Source: Mycobacterium leprae TN | GTDB taxonomy: Bacteria; Actinomycetota; Actinomycetes; Mycobacteriales; Mycobacteriaceae | Assembly: GCF_000195855.1 (NCBI RefSeq) | Contig: NC_002677.1 | Location: 750,001 to 782,000, forward strand | DNA: 32,000 bases | Direction: 5' to 3' | In this document: positions 10,114 to 19,126 of the stretch, piece after piece | How the letters are laid out: every line of letters starts with the position of its first letter | Numbering within the stretch: the stretch's first letter is position 1 | Made by a program: the position numbers and the translations under genes | The notes under the pieces: generated by a model | Told to the model about the DNA's origin: nothing | The model's input: only the letters and a program-made list of their open reading frames with translations | The model's database searches: none

Positions 10114-11163
10114 GTGACGCACCACGAGACCAGCGCTGTTGACGCATCATCGGCCTCTATGCACGTTCGCAGCACCATCGATGTTCCGCCCGACCTCGTT
10201 GTGGGCTTGCTGGGTTCAGCAGACGAGAATTTGCGCGCCCTCGAACGCATGTTGAGTGCCGATCTGCATGTGCGTGGCAACACCGTTGCGTTTTCGGGCG
10301 AGCCAGCCGATGTTGCACTTGCCGAGCGGGCGATCTCTGAGTTAGTCGCCATCGTGGCCAGCGGTCATCCGTTGACGCCGGAAGTGGTGCGTCACGGTGT
10401 AGCCATGCTGGTCGGCACCGGTAACGAATCACCGGCTGAAGTCCTCACCTTGGACATTTTGTTGCGCCGCGGTAAAACGGTCCGGCCTAAAACGCTAAAT
10501 CAGAAGCGCTACGTCGACGCGATCGATGCGAACACTATCGTCTTCGGAATCGGTCCGGCCGGCACCGGGAAGACGTATCTGGCCATGGCCAAGGCGGTCA
10601 ACGCGTTGCAGACTAAGCAGGTAACTCGGATCATTTTGACTCGTCCAGCAGTGGAAGCTGGTGAACGCCTTGGCTTTTTGCCGGGTACTCTGAGCGAGAA
10701 GATAGATCCTTACCTGCGGCCGCTGTACGACGCGCTGTACGACATGATGGACCCCGAGCTGATCCCGAAGCTGATGTCTTCCGGTGTTATCGAGGTGGCG
10801 TCGTTGGCGTACATGCGAGGTCGCACACTTAACGATGCGTTCATCGTCCTCGACGAGGCGCAGAACACCACCGCTGAGCAGATGAAGATGTTTCTTACCC
10901 GACTGGGTTTCGGTTCGAAAGTTGTTGTCACCGGGGACGTCACGCAGATTGACCTGCCGGGAGGTGCCAGGTCGGGTCTGCGCGCGGCGGTCGATATCCT
11001 GGAGCACATCGACGACATATACGTTGCGGAGCTGGCCAGTGTGGATGTGGTGCGCCACCGGCTGGTGTCGGAGATTGTTGACGCCTATGCCGAATATGAG
11101 GAGCACGACTTGGGGATGAATCGGGCGGCTCGGCGAGCGTCCGGCGCTCGCAATCGTCGATGA
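10114..11163 (+). CDS. phoH: PhoH-like ATPase
   Basis: The 349-aa ORF has Walker A (GPAGTGKTYLAMA), Walker B (FIVLDEAQN) and GDVTQIDLP, in the conserved phoH-ybeY arrangement. Confidence 0.93.
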   Translation: MTHHETSAVDASSASMHVRSTIDVPPDLVVGLLGSADENLRALERMLSADLHVRGNTVAFSGEPADVALAERAISELVAIVASGHPLTPEVVRHGVAMLVGTGNESPAEVLTLDILLRRGKTVRPKTLNQKRYVDAIDANTIVFGIGPAGTGKTYLAMAKAVNALQTKQVTRIILTRPAVEAGERLGFLPGTLSEKIDPYLRPLYDALYDMMDPELIPKLMSSGVIEVASLAYMRGRTLNDAFIVLDEAQNTTAEQMKMFLTRLGFGSKVVVTGDVTQIDLPGGARSGLRAAVDILEHIDDIYVAELASVDVVRHRLVSEIVDAYAEYEEHDLGMNRAARRASGARNRR

Positions 11164-11193
11164 TGGTGGCGTGGATAGTCCCATGAGCATCTT

Positions 11194-11730
11194 ATGAGTG
11201 TTGAAGTATCTAACGAGTCAGGCTTCGACGTTTCTGAAGTGGAACTGGTTAGCGTCGCGCGGTTTGTCATCATCAAAATGGACGTCAACCCAGCAGCAGA
11301 GCTGTCGATGGTGCTACTGGACACCGCAGCGATGGCCGATCTACATATGCGCTGGATGGACCTTCCTGGGCCAACGGACGTAATGAGCTTCCCGATGGAC
11401 GAGTTCGAACCGGGTGGTCGACCTGACGCCGCTGAGCCAGGGCCCTCCATGTTGGGTGACATTGTGCTGTGCCCAGAGTTCGCCGCGCAGCAGGCGGCCG
11501 CAGAGGGCCACAGCCTCGGACATGAGTTAGCGCTGCTGACAATTCACGGCGTACTTCACCTGCTCGGCTACGACCACGGTGAGCCAGACGAGGAGAAGGA
11601 GATGTTCGCCCTGCAGGGCAGGTTACTGGAAGAGTGGGTGGCCGAACAGGTACGGGCCTATCAGCATGACCGTCAGAACGAGAAAGACTGTCGATTGCTG
11701 TACAAGTCAGGGTATTTCGGCTACTTGTGA
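11194..11730 (+). CDS. ybeY: rRNA maturation endoribonuclease YbeY
   Basis: The 178-aa ORF carries the metal-binding motif [11 protein letters not shown]. Confidence 0.92.
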   Translation: MSVEVSNESGFDVSEVELVSVARFVIIKMDVNPAAELSMVLLDTAAMADLHMRWMDLPGPTDVMSFPMDEFEPGGRPDAAEPGPSMLGDIVLCPEFAAQQAAAEGHSLGHELALLTIHGVLHLLGYDHGEPDEEKEMFALQGRLLEEWVAEQVRAYQHDRQNEKDCRLLYKSGYFGYL

Positions 11731-13020
11731 CCGGCCTGAATCAGTTGATCGGCGTGATCGCGTTGATTGGACTGGGTGGGTTGTTTGCTGCCGATCGACG
11801 CCGCCATTAGCACCGTGTCGCTGGCTCGGGTGCAGGAGTTAGTTCGCGAAGAACTATCTGACGCGGGACGACTGTTCAAGGTGATAGTCGATCGGCCACG
11901 CTACATCAACCTGGTGATGTGTTGTTGCGGATAGCGTGTGAAATTACCGCTACCGTAATGCTAGTGGTGTTCCTTTATGGCAACCTTGGCCTGAACTGGT
12001 CCTTGTTCGGTGCCGCGACCAGCCATGGTGGTGGTCAGCTGCGTGGTTATTGGCGTTGGTCCACGCAACTTGGGACGCCAGAACGCATACTCGATTTCGT
12101 TGGCGACAGCACTTCTTTTGCAGTCGATCTCATCGCTGTTGATACAGATCAGCTGATTGTTGGTAGTCGTCGGCAACGCGCTCACCCCGGGCTGCAGCTT
12201 GCGAAACGGACTATTTGCGTACAAGATTGAGCTCCGCGATGCCGTCGATCTGGCGCAGCAACGTGGCGTGGTTGCTGCCGAAGAACACCGGATGATCGAA
12301 TCAGTTTTCGAACTCGACGACACACTAGTCCGTGAGATGATGGTGCCTAGCATCGCGATGATTTGGATCGAAAGTGACATGTCGGCCACTCAAGTGACAA
12401 CCCTGGCCGTCCGTAGTGGTCATTCACATATTCCGGTAATTGGTGAGAATGTCTACAACATCGTTGGGGTGTTTTATCTGAGAGACCTGGTTCAACATAC
12501 GTTCTTCTTTCCTGATCACGGTCGAGGCACGGTTGTGGCGCAAGTGATGCTTCCGGCGGTGTTTGGTTCCGGACTTCAAGCTGTTGGACACGTTGCTGCG
12601 TGAAATACAGCGTGACTGTAGCCACATGGCGCTGTTGGTCGACGGGTACGCTACGATAGCCGGCTTGGTCAGTATAGAATGAGGTTCTGGAAGAAAATCT
12701 TCGGAGATATCTCCGACGAATATGACCACGCGAGACCTCTCCAGTAGAATTCTTGGGTGGCAAACGTTTCCGCTTTTCAGCTTGATTGCCGATCAAAGAT
12801 GTTGGTGAGCTGTACGGCATGGAATTCGACGACGATCTCGATGTCAACACGGTGGGCGGCCTGCTGGCTCTGGAATTGGTCCGGGTCCCGTTACCTGGCG
12901 CCGAAGTGGTGTCGCATGGCTTGCCACTGCACGCTTAAGGCGGCCCGGATCTTTGGGGGTGATGCGGATCGGCACTGTGCTGTTGATCCCAGCTGAATCT
13001 GAAGGCTCTGATGGTGTGAG
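11727..13020 (+). pseudogene. CorC/TlyC-family (DUF21-CBS-CorC_HlyC, Rv2366c-like) membrane protein pseudogene
   Basis: The GTG at 11727 overlaps the ybeY stop (GTGA). [22 protein letters not shown] is followed by a frameshift, and [21 protein letters not shown] continues in another frame with stops. The CBS region reads [24 protein letters not shown]...[20 protein letters not shown]. The C-terminal domain reads [37 protein letters not shown] and is followed by a stop. At least four frame changes are needed. Confidence 0.85.
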
Positions 13021-13022
13021 GA

Positions 13023-13358
13023 GTGGTTGGTATGGCTGAGCTGCTGAACACTGAGGATGCCAAGTTGGTGGTGCTGGTGCGGGCTGCGATGGCGCGCACT
13101 GAAGCCGGCAGCGGTGCCGTAGTGCGTGACTTCGACGGTCGCACATATGCCGCTGCGCCAGTGACCTTGTCAACGCTCGAGCTGATCGGTCTACAGGAGG
13201 AAGCCGCCGCCGCGTTCAGTGCGTCCAGTGTGGTGAGTGGGTTGGAGGTCGGGGTGCTGGTGGCTGGGTCCGTGGACGAGCCCGATATAGCCATGGTTCG
13301 TGAGCTGGCCTCAACAGCAGTGGTAATCCTGATTGATAGAAACGGGAACCGCGTATGA
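13023..13358 (+). CDS. conserved hypothetical protein (Rv2365c-like small ORF between corC and era)
   Basis: The 111-aa ORF (alternative ATG at 13032 giving MAELLNTEDAKLVVLVRAAMAR...) occupies the position taken by a small conserved ORF upstream of era in mycobacteria. Function is unknown. Confidence 0.6.
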   Translation: MVGMAELLNTEDAKLVVLVRAAMARTEAGSGAVVRDFDGRTYAAAPVTLSTLELIGLQEEAAAAFSASSVVSGLEVGVLVAGSVDEPDIAMVRELASTAVVILIDRNGNRV

Positions 13359-13481
13359 CGACGACTGTGTATTTGGCGCAAAATTTGGCGGTAGTCCGGA
13401 TCCGATTTCCCGGTTTTCTCCCGCAAGCGGACGGCCTCCTCATCGCGAGGCGCTATACGGCGCGTATCGTCTCTGGTGGAT

Positions 13482-14384
13482 ATGGCTGAATTCCGTTCGG
13501 GTTTCGTATGTTTGATCGGTCGTCCGAATACTGGCAAGTCGACACTGACCAACGCATTGGTCGGCACCAAGGTAGCGATCACTTCGATGAAGCCGCAAAC
13601 CACCCGACACACCATTCGAGGGATCGTACACAGGGAGGGTAACTTCCAGATCGTTCTGGTTGACACTCCCGGTCTGCATCGGCCGCGCACGCTGTTGGGT
13701 AAGCGGCTCAACGACTTGGTGCGCGACACTTATACCGAGGTGGACTTAATCGGACTGTGCATCCCGGCTGATGAGGCCACCGGTCCGGGAGATCGATGGA
13801 TTGTTAACCAGATTCGATCGGTCGCCCCGAAAACGATCCTCGTCGTTATCGTCACTAAGATTGACAAAGTGCCCAAGGACCGGCTGTCCGCACAACTGGT
13901 CGCTGTCAGCGACCTCGTCGCCGACTCAGCCGAGATCGTGCCGGTGTCGGCTGTGACGGGTGAACAGGTCGACGTGCTGATAGATGTGCTGGCTGCGGCC
14001 TTGCCACCGGGTCCGGCTTATTACTCCGCCGGTGAACTGACCGACGAGCCGGAAGAGCTTCTGATGGCAGAACTGATCCGCGAGGCCGTGCTGGAGGGAG
14101 TGCATGACGAGTTACCACATTCGCTGGCGGTGGTGATTGACGAGGTCAGCCCGCGGGCAGGGCGTGGCGACCTGATTGACGTGCACGCTGTGCTTTATGT
14201 CGAGCGGCCAAGTCAGAAGGGAATCGTCATTGGCAAGAGCGGTGCCCGGTTGCGGGAGGTGGGTATCGCGGCGCGTCGCCAGATCGAGAAGCTGTTAGGG
14301 ACCAACATCTATCTCGACTTGCATGTCAATGTCGCCAAGAACTGGCAGCGCAACCCTAAACAACTTGGTCGACTAGGGTTTTGA
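13482..14384 (+). CDS. era: GTPase Era
   Basis: G1 is GRPNTGKS, G3 is DTPG, G4 is TKID, and a C-terminal KH domain is present (VIGKSGARLREVG). ATG at 13482 (MAEFRSGFVCLIG) gives 300 aa. GTG at 13476 is an alternative start. Confidence 0.95.
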   Translation: MAEFRSGFVCLIGRPNTGKSTLTNALVGTKVAITSMKPQTTRHTIRGIVHREGNFQIVLVDTPGLHRPRTLLGKRLNDLVRDTYTEVDLIGLCIPADEATGPGDRWIVNQIRSVAPKTILVVIVTKIDKVPKDRLSAQLVAVSDLVADSAEIVPVSAVTGEQVDVLIDVLAAALPPGPAYYSAGELTDEPEELLMAELIREAVLEGVHDELPHSLAVVIDEVSPRAGRGDLIDVHAVLYVERPSQKGIVIGKSGARLREVGIAARRQIEKLLGTNIYLDLHVNVAKNWQRNPKQLGRLGF

Positions 14385-14453
14385 GGTAGCTCAATCTTGC
14401 GTGGAGCTTTGCGGCGTGACGGTGTTCTACAATACTTCCGGCCGCTTGCTTGC

Positions 14454-15870
14454 CTAGCCGCAAACGGCTTCCAGGTCGGCGGTCAGCGAGATCAGCATGC
14501 CTTCGCTGTTTGTTGGTCCCATCAATTGCACACCGATTGGCAACCCCTCGGCGGTGAACCCCCTGCTGGCATATTGATAAACGGTCAGCTCAGTACGTTC
14601 CACGGCCAAGTCACCGGAGACGCGGCGGTCATGGCACGATCAATGCGAAAAGAGCCCAACCGATTGAAGGTTCGTGCCAGTGGTGGTGGTTGTGCGGTGG
14701 TGGGCGTCAGGACGACGTTGACGATGTCGAAGATAGAACCGACACGACGCTGGTCAACCTCTTCGTGTCGGCGCGCGCTGCGCAGAATTGCTTCCCCGAG
14801 CACATGACCTGTGCGCGGATTGGTAACGGTGCGGCGGTCCAGGCCAATGCCGTCGCCCAGCCGTCCCTACCAGTACGCCAGGCCGGAGGTGGAACGGGCG
14901 AGAAAGTTTCACGATAACCGCAGGCCGTGGTCTGGGTTGCCGGTTACTACGGTGTGGACAAGCAGCTCAAATTGTTTGGCTACCCTGTGGGTAGCGACCA
15001 ACATCTCGGGGTGCAACTTGGCCCGAAACCCGTTTAACGGGAACCGAGTTGACATCGGGATGTTGAGCGATCCAGGCGTGATGCCAAGGTAGTCTGATAC
15101 CGTCGTCGGGCGTGGTTTGCGTAGGTCGCCCTCAATGTTGCCGGATGTTTAGTCGATCACCAATGCCGGGTCGGCCACTGTGCAGACTAGCACGCCATTG
15201 AGCGTGATGCCGCTGAATGCCTCCGGCAACGGTCAGGTGGAGATGCGACCGTGTTGCGGTTTAATATCCACCAGGTGCGTACATGCTGCAGGGAGCTGGT
15301 CACCGCCGCCATCGGAACCAATGGCGGCGGTGACCAGGACCGTAACCACCGCGGCCGCGCTACCGCCGGACGATCCGCTTGGTGTGTGTTGACGTTACCA
15401 GGGATTGCGGGTAGGTATTGAATCTGGGACCCATTAGTGAGTGGCTATTAGCTGAGTTCATAGGTGTTGTTTTGCTGAAGGTCCCTGTCCCGGCCGTCTT
15501 CAGGTGGCAAACGAATTCAGCGTCGTGGGTGGCGGGTTGTATATACCCTTCGGCGCCGAAGGTAGTTGGCATTCTTATTATGTCGACGTTATCGTGGATT
15601 GCAATTGGGATACCGAGTAACGGCGCCGTGTCGCCGGCGGCCCGTCATCGGTTTGCCTGTTCTGCGTCGGCCCGTGCGGACTCGGTGAGCACCACATAGA
15701 AAGCGTCCAACGCGGGCTTGCTGATCTCGATGGCCTGTAGGGACCGGTGCACCAACTCTTGGGCAGTCGCTGAGTGTGTGGCCAGTTGGTAAAGCAAGTC
15801 AGCTTAGCGTGGGTAGGCGCTTATTGCTGGATAAAGAAGCTCCAACCACAGGTTACGAGACTATCGGCGC
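14454..15870 (-). pseudogene. amiA2: amidase (amiA2, Rv2363-like) pseudogene
   Basis: The minus strand reads DLLYQLATHSATAQELVHRSLQAIEISKPALDAF, LLGIPIAIHDNVD and the amidase signature [26 protein letters not shown]. It continues with ILRSARRHEEVDQRRVGSIFDIVNVVLTPTTAQPPP and GLPIGVQLMGPTNSEGMLISL. Numerous stops and frameshifts interrupt it, and the longest intact piece is 72 aa. Confidence 0.88.
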
Positions 15871-15910
15871 GGATACCCGAGATATCGTGGTGAGGTGCAA
15901 AACTGTTGTG

Positions 15911-16717
15911 ATGCGATTGTATCGGGACTGGGCGTTAGTGCTGCGCCAGCACAACCTCGGCGAAGCCGACCGGATTGTCACCTTGCTGACCCGCGATCAC
16001 GGGCTGGTGCGTGCGGTGGCCAAAGGTGTGCGTCGCACTCGCAGTAAATTCGGCGCTCGCCTGGAACCGTTCGCGTATATCGATGCGCAACTGCACCCCG
16101 GCCGCAACCTTGATATCGTTACTCAGGTTGTCTCGATTGACGCGTTCGCCACCGACATCGTTAGTGACTACGGTCGGTACACTTGCGGGTGCGCGATGCT
16201 GGAAACCGCCGAACGTCTCGCTGGTGAAGAACGGGCGCCCGCCCCGACTTTACATCGGCTTACGGTGAGCGCGCTGCGCGCGGTGGCTGACGGAAACCGG
16301 CCTCGCGACCTGCTGTTAGATGCCTATTTGCTGCGTGCCATGGGGATCGCCGGATGGGCTCCAGCGTTGACCGCGTGTGCCCGCTGTGCCACGCCCGGTC
16401 CGCATCGGGCTTTTCACATTGCCGCTGGGGGCAGCGTCTGTGTGCATTGCCGTCCGGCCGGTTCGACTACACCACCGCGGGGTGTGCTGGAACTAATGTC
16501 TGCGCTGCACGACGGCGATTGGGGAACTGCCCAGCAAGCGCCGCAGTCCCACCGCAGCTACGCCAGCGGATTGGTGGCCGCACACCTGCAGTGGCATCTG
16601 GAACGACAGCTGAAAACTTTACCTCTGGTGGAACGAACACATCAAGCATACCAGGTCGATCGTTCCATCGCGGAGCGGCGCGCAGCGCTGGTCCGGCAAG
16701 ATATGGCCTGTGGTTAG
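15911..16717 (+). CDS. recO: DNA repair protein RecO
   Basis: ATG at 15911 ([54 protein letters not shown]) gives 268 aa. A C4 zinc motif is present (CARCATPG...CVHC). The longer ORF from 15776 overlaps the dead amiA2 5' end. Confidence 0.92.
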   Translation: MRLYRDWALVLRQHNLGEADRIVTLLTRDHGLVRAVAKGVRRTRSKFGARLEPFAYIDAQLHPGRNLDIVTQVVSIDAFATDIVSDYGRYTCGCAMLETAERLAGEERAPAPTLHRLTVSALRAVADGNRPRDLLLDAYLLRAMGIAGWAPALTACARCATPGPHRAFHIAAGGSVCVHCRPAGSTTPPRGVLELMSALHDGDWGTAQQAPQSHRSYASGLVAAHLQWHLERQLKTLPLVERTHQAYQVDRSIAERRAALVRQDMACG

Positions 16718-17600
16718 GAACGAGCGCACGCTGAAGTCCACGGATTTTCCGCAGCTGCCCCCTGCGCCCGACGACTACCCGACCTTTCCCGACAAGTCGA
16801 CCTGGCCGGTTGTCTTCCCGATGCTGCCGCCATCACCCGACGGCGGGCCGAGGCGACCGCCGCAGCACACGTCAAAAGCTGTCGCTCCACGGCTCTCGGC
16901 CGCCCAATTGCCGACTCATGTCGCCATCGTGATGGACGGCAATGGCCGTTGGGCTAACCAACGCGGACTGCACCGCACCGAGGGCCACAAGATGGGCGAA
17001 GCGGTGGTCATCGACGTTGCTTGCGGCGCTATCGAACTCGGGATCAAATGGCTCAGTCTCTATGCTTTTTCTACTGAGAACTGGAAGCGGTCTGTCGAAG
17101 AGGTCCGTTTCCTGATGGGTTTTAACCGCGATGTAGTGCGACGGCGTCGGGAGAATCTCAAGGAGATGGGGGTCCGGATCCGATGGGTAGGGTCGCGACC
17201 GCGCTTATGGCGCAGCGTCATCAATGAATTGGCCATTGCGGAACACATGACGGCGGGCAACGACGTCATCACCATCAATTATTGTGTCAACTACGGTGGT
17301 CGCACTGAAATCGCAGAAGCTACAAGAGAAATTGCTCGTCTGGCAGCTGCGGGCCGGCTCAATCCGGAGCGGATCACCGAGTCCACGATCACACGGCACT
17401 TGCAGCGGCCAGACATCCCCGATGTCGATCTCTTCGTGCGGACTTCGGGGGAGCAGCGGTCCAGCAATTTCATGTTGTGGCAGGCGGCGTATACTGAATA
17501 CATTTTCCAGGATAAGTTGTGGCCCGATTATGACCGCCGTGACTTGTGGGCGGCGTGTGAAGAATATGCGTCGCGCAATCGGCGCTTCGGAAGCGCATAG
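16710..17600 (+). CDS. uppS: Z-prenyl (decaprenyl) diphosphate synthase, Rv2361c-like
   Basis: The 296-aa ORF carries cis-prenyltransferase motifs [13 protein letters not shown] and [20 protein letters not shown]. The GTG start overlaps the recO stop by 8 nt. Confidence 0.93.
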   Translation: MVRNERTLKSTDFPQLPPAPDDYPTFPDKSTWPVVFPMLPPSPDGGPRRPPQHTSKAVAPRLSAAQLPTHVAIVMDGNGRWANQRGLHRTEGHKMGEAVVIDVACGAIELGIKWLSLYAFSTENWKRSVEEVRFLMGFNRDVVRRRRENLKEMGVRIRWVGSRPRLWRSVINELAIAEHMTAGNDVITINYCVNYGGRTEIAEATREIARLAAAGRLNPERITESTITRHLQRPDIPDVDLFVRTSGEQRSSNFMLWQAAYTEYIFQDKLWPDYDRRDLWAACEEYASRNRRFGSA

Positions 17601-17746
17601 TGCACTCTTGACAAGAGCGACTCGCATTGGTCCTCCGCGTCGTGTTACTCACCGAGGAGGAAACCGACGGCGCGTTCACGGTGAGAATTCACTGTACGTT
17701 AGCTTTGTTGCGGGTGGTTAATATCGTCTCCGACCTCGACATGGTG

Positions 17747-18200
17747 TCACTCATTTTTAAATATTGACGTGGGATTTGTTGCTGAACCAAGAGGATCAGT
17801 GACCGAGTGGCAAGGTGTACACGTGATACCAATCTCGGTACGGTGATCCTGGTCGGGAAGGTCAACGAATAGGCTGCGCAACGTAACTCCGAAAAGCCTG
17901 GCCTCAAAATTGCGGACGTGATGCTGAGGTACAAGACTTCCTGGCGTCGTCCTCCAGGACGTTATCGACGATCTCGTGTGCTGGTTTAAGTGACCAGCAC
18001 ACCGATGGACATCAACATTGACGACTTGACGTGACATTGTTGGTTCCATCCGACGAAGCTCAATCTCAAGGTGGTGGGGTCCAATTTCTCCAAAGCGGAA
18101 TCGTTGCAAGGCTGCATATTCTGTCAGCGATGTGGCCAACTGATTGAGTGCCGCGCGCGACACCATTATTTGGATACCCGGCGACAGCCTGACTGACCTG
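17747..18200 (-). pseudogene. zur: degenerate Fur-family (zur/furB-like) gene; the ORF is open but the metal-binding motifs are eroded
   Basis: The 139-aa ORF has a Fur-like N-terminus (SRAALNQLATSLTEYAALQ, compare RQRAAISTLLETLDDFRSAQ). Its C-terminus is DHRTEIGITCTPCHS (compare SHTIEIFGTCSDCRS). The central segment reads HRCAGHLNQHTRSSITS where Zur has YRRCSEHHHHHLVCRSCGST, so the His cluster and first CxxC are lost. The position next to uppS and an ArsR/SmtB remnant matches M. tuberculosis synteny. The comparison sequences are from memory. Confidence 0.42.
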
Positions 18201-18379
18201 ATCGACCGGGGTCATGTTATCCGGTTCTAGGTCATCGGTCTTACCGCTATACGGCTATCCCACGAAGCTGTGTCCAGCAGCTGGCGAATGTGAAAACGCT
18301 ATTTCCCAATGGCCCGGCACGGTCCGGGAGTGATCATGTTTCCCACAGATGTCTGACGAACAGTCCTCCATTGTCTGTG

Positions 18380-18660
18380 GTGTGAGGTCGGCGAAGTTGG
18401 CAATGTGGGTTGCATCAACGACGCTGACAATCAACGATTTCACGTCGCCAAGTGAATGACATGTCCGTGGTCGGTTTAGCCGGAGCACTCGGGTGTGAAC
18501 AAGCCGGTATGCCAATCGCAGGGCCGCAGATGATGAAGGCCGATCTACAGTTAGACGTTTTATGAATCAACGACAATGGCCTTTTAATCCATCTCGCCGG
18601 AATGCTTACGGCTTGGTAAGTTGAATCTGTTGGTTTCAATCGTGATGCACGCTTTCTGTG
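18380..18660 (-). pseudogene. smtB: ArsR/SmtB-family metalloregulator (smtB-like) pseudogene
   Basis: A single minus-strand frame across 18479-18583 reads KAIVVDS*NV*L*IGLHHLRPCDWHTGLFTPECSG. It is colinear with the HTH region CVHELVDALHVPQPLVSQHLKILKAAGVVTGERSG but has three in-frame stops. Downstream, SLIVSVVDATHIA resembles the C-terminal HIVLDAVAHA. Confidence 0.5.
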
Positions 18661-18779
18661 GACCGTTGTCCTGGGTCGGTCAGGAGTTTTGGCATTATGG
18701 CCCGGGCATCGTCGCTAGCAAATGCTGTGTTTCAACCGTATTGGGTAAGGGCGTCCGGATGCAATGCTGAGACATAAGT

Positions 18780-18998
18780 TCAGACGATTAGACCATCGGC
18801 GCAGTTGACTGGGCTCCAGCATGACTATGGAGGTCGGCGCCGACGTCGTTAGCTGGTGATATCGGCTAGTCTGGACTGCGCTCGAGTTTGGTCAATGTCG
18901 ACCTCGTCGTAGCAGGGTGCGTTGGCTTCGAGTGCTGCCTTTAGCCGAACGCAGAAGCCGCACCACGACGTTGTGTAATAACATAGTTAAATGTAACA
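18780..18998 (-). pseudogene. glutaredoxin/NrdH-like redoxin (Rv3198A-like) pseudogene
   Basis: The minus strand reads LCYYTTSWCGFCVRLKAALEANAPCYDEVDIDQTRAQSRLADITS* and then, after a frameshift, SPVNCADGLIV*. A stop lies 5 codons upstream of YTTSWC with no start codon between them. The CxxC motif at 18951-18965 is still intact. The gene is divergent from uvrD2, as in M. tuberculosis. Confidence 0.55.
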
Positions 18999-19126
18999 TT
19001 GGCCACATAAATAGTTAACATAGCTTTACGACTATGCGGGCTTGGTGAGCAGGACCTGACACCGGGCGAGGCAACGGGCTTGGCGATGTGCAAGGTTTCT
19101 CGGTCTTGGCTGCCAAGATGGATCCT

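Noticed and set aside
10495-11190. 231-aa minus-strand ORF
   Set aside because: It is antisense to phoH, has no motifs, and is a typical shadow ORF.
12935-13729. 264-aa minus-strand ORF
   Set aside because: It spans the antisense of the Rv2365c-like ORF and the era 5' end. Its Arg/Ser/Thr-rich composition marks it as a shadow ORF.
18961-19025. AT-rich patch with a repeated ATAGTTAA / TAACATAG motif upstream of uvrD2
   Set aside because: It partly overlaps the decayed N-terminus of the glutaredoxin-like pseudogene. The repeats are short (8 nt) and could arise by chance in AT-rich sequence, so there is no basis for calling an operator.
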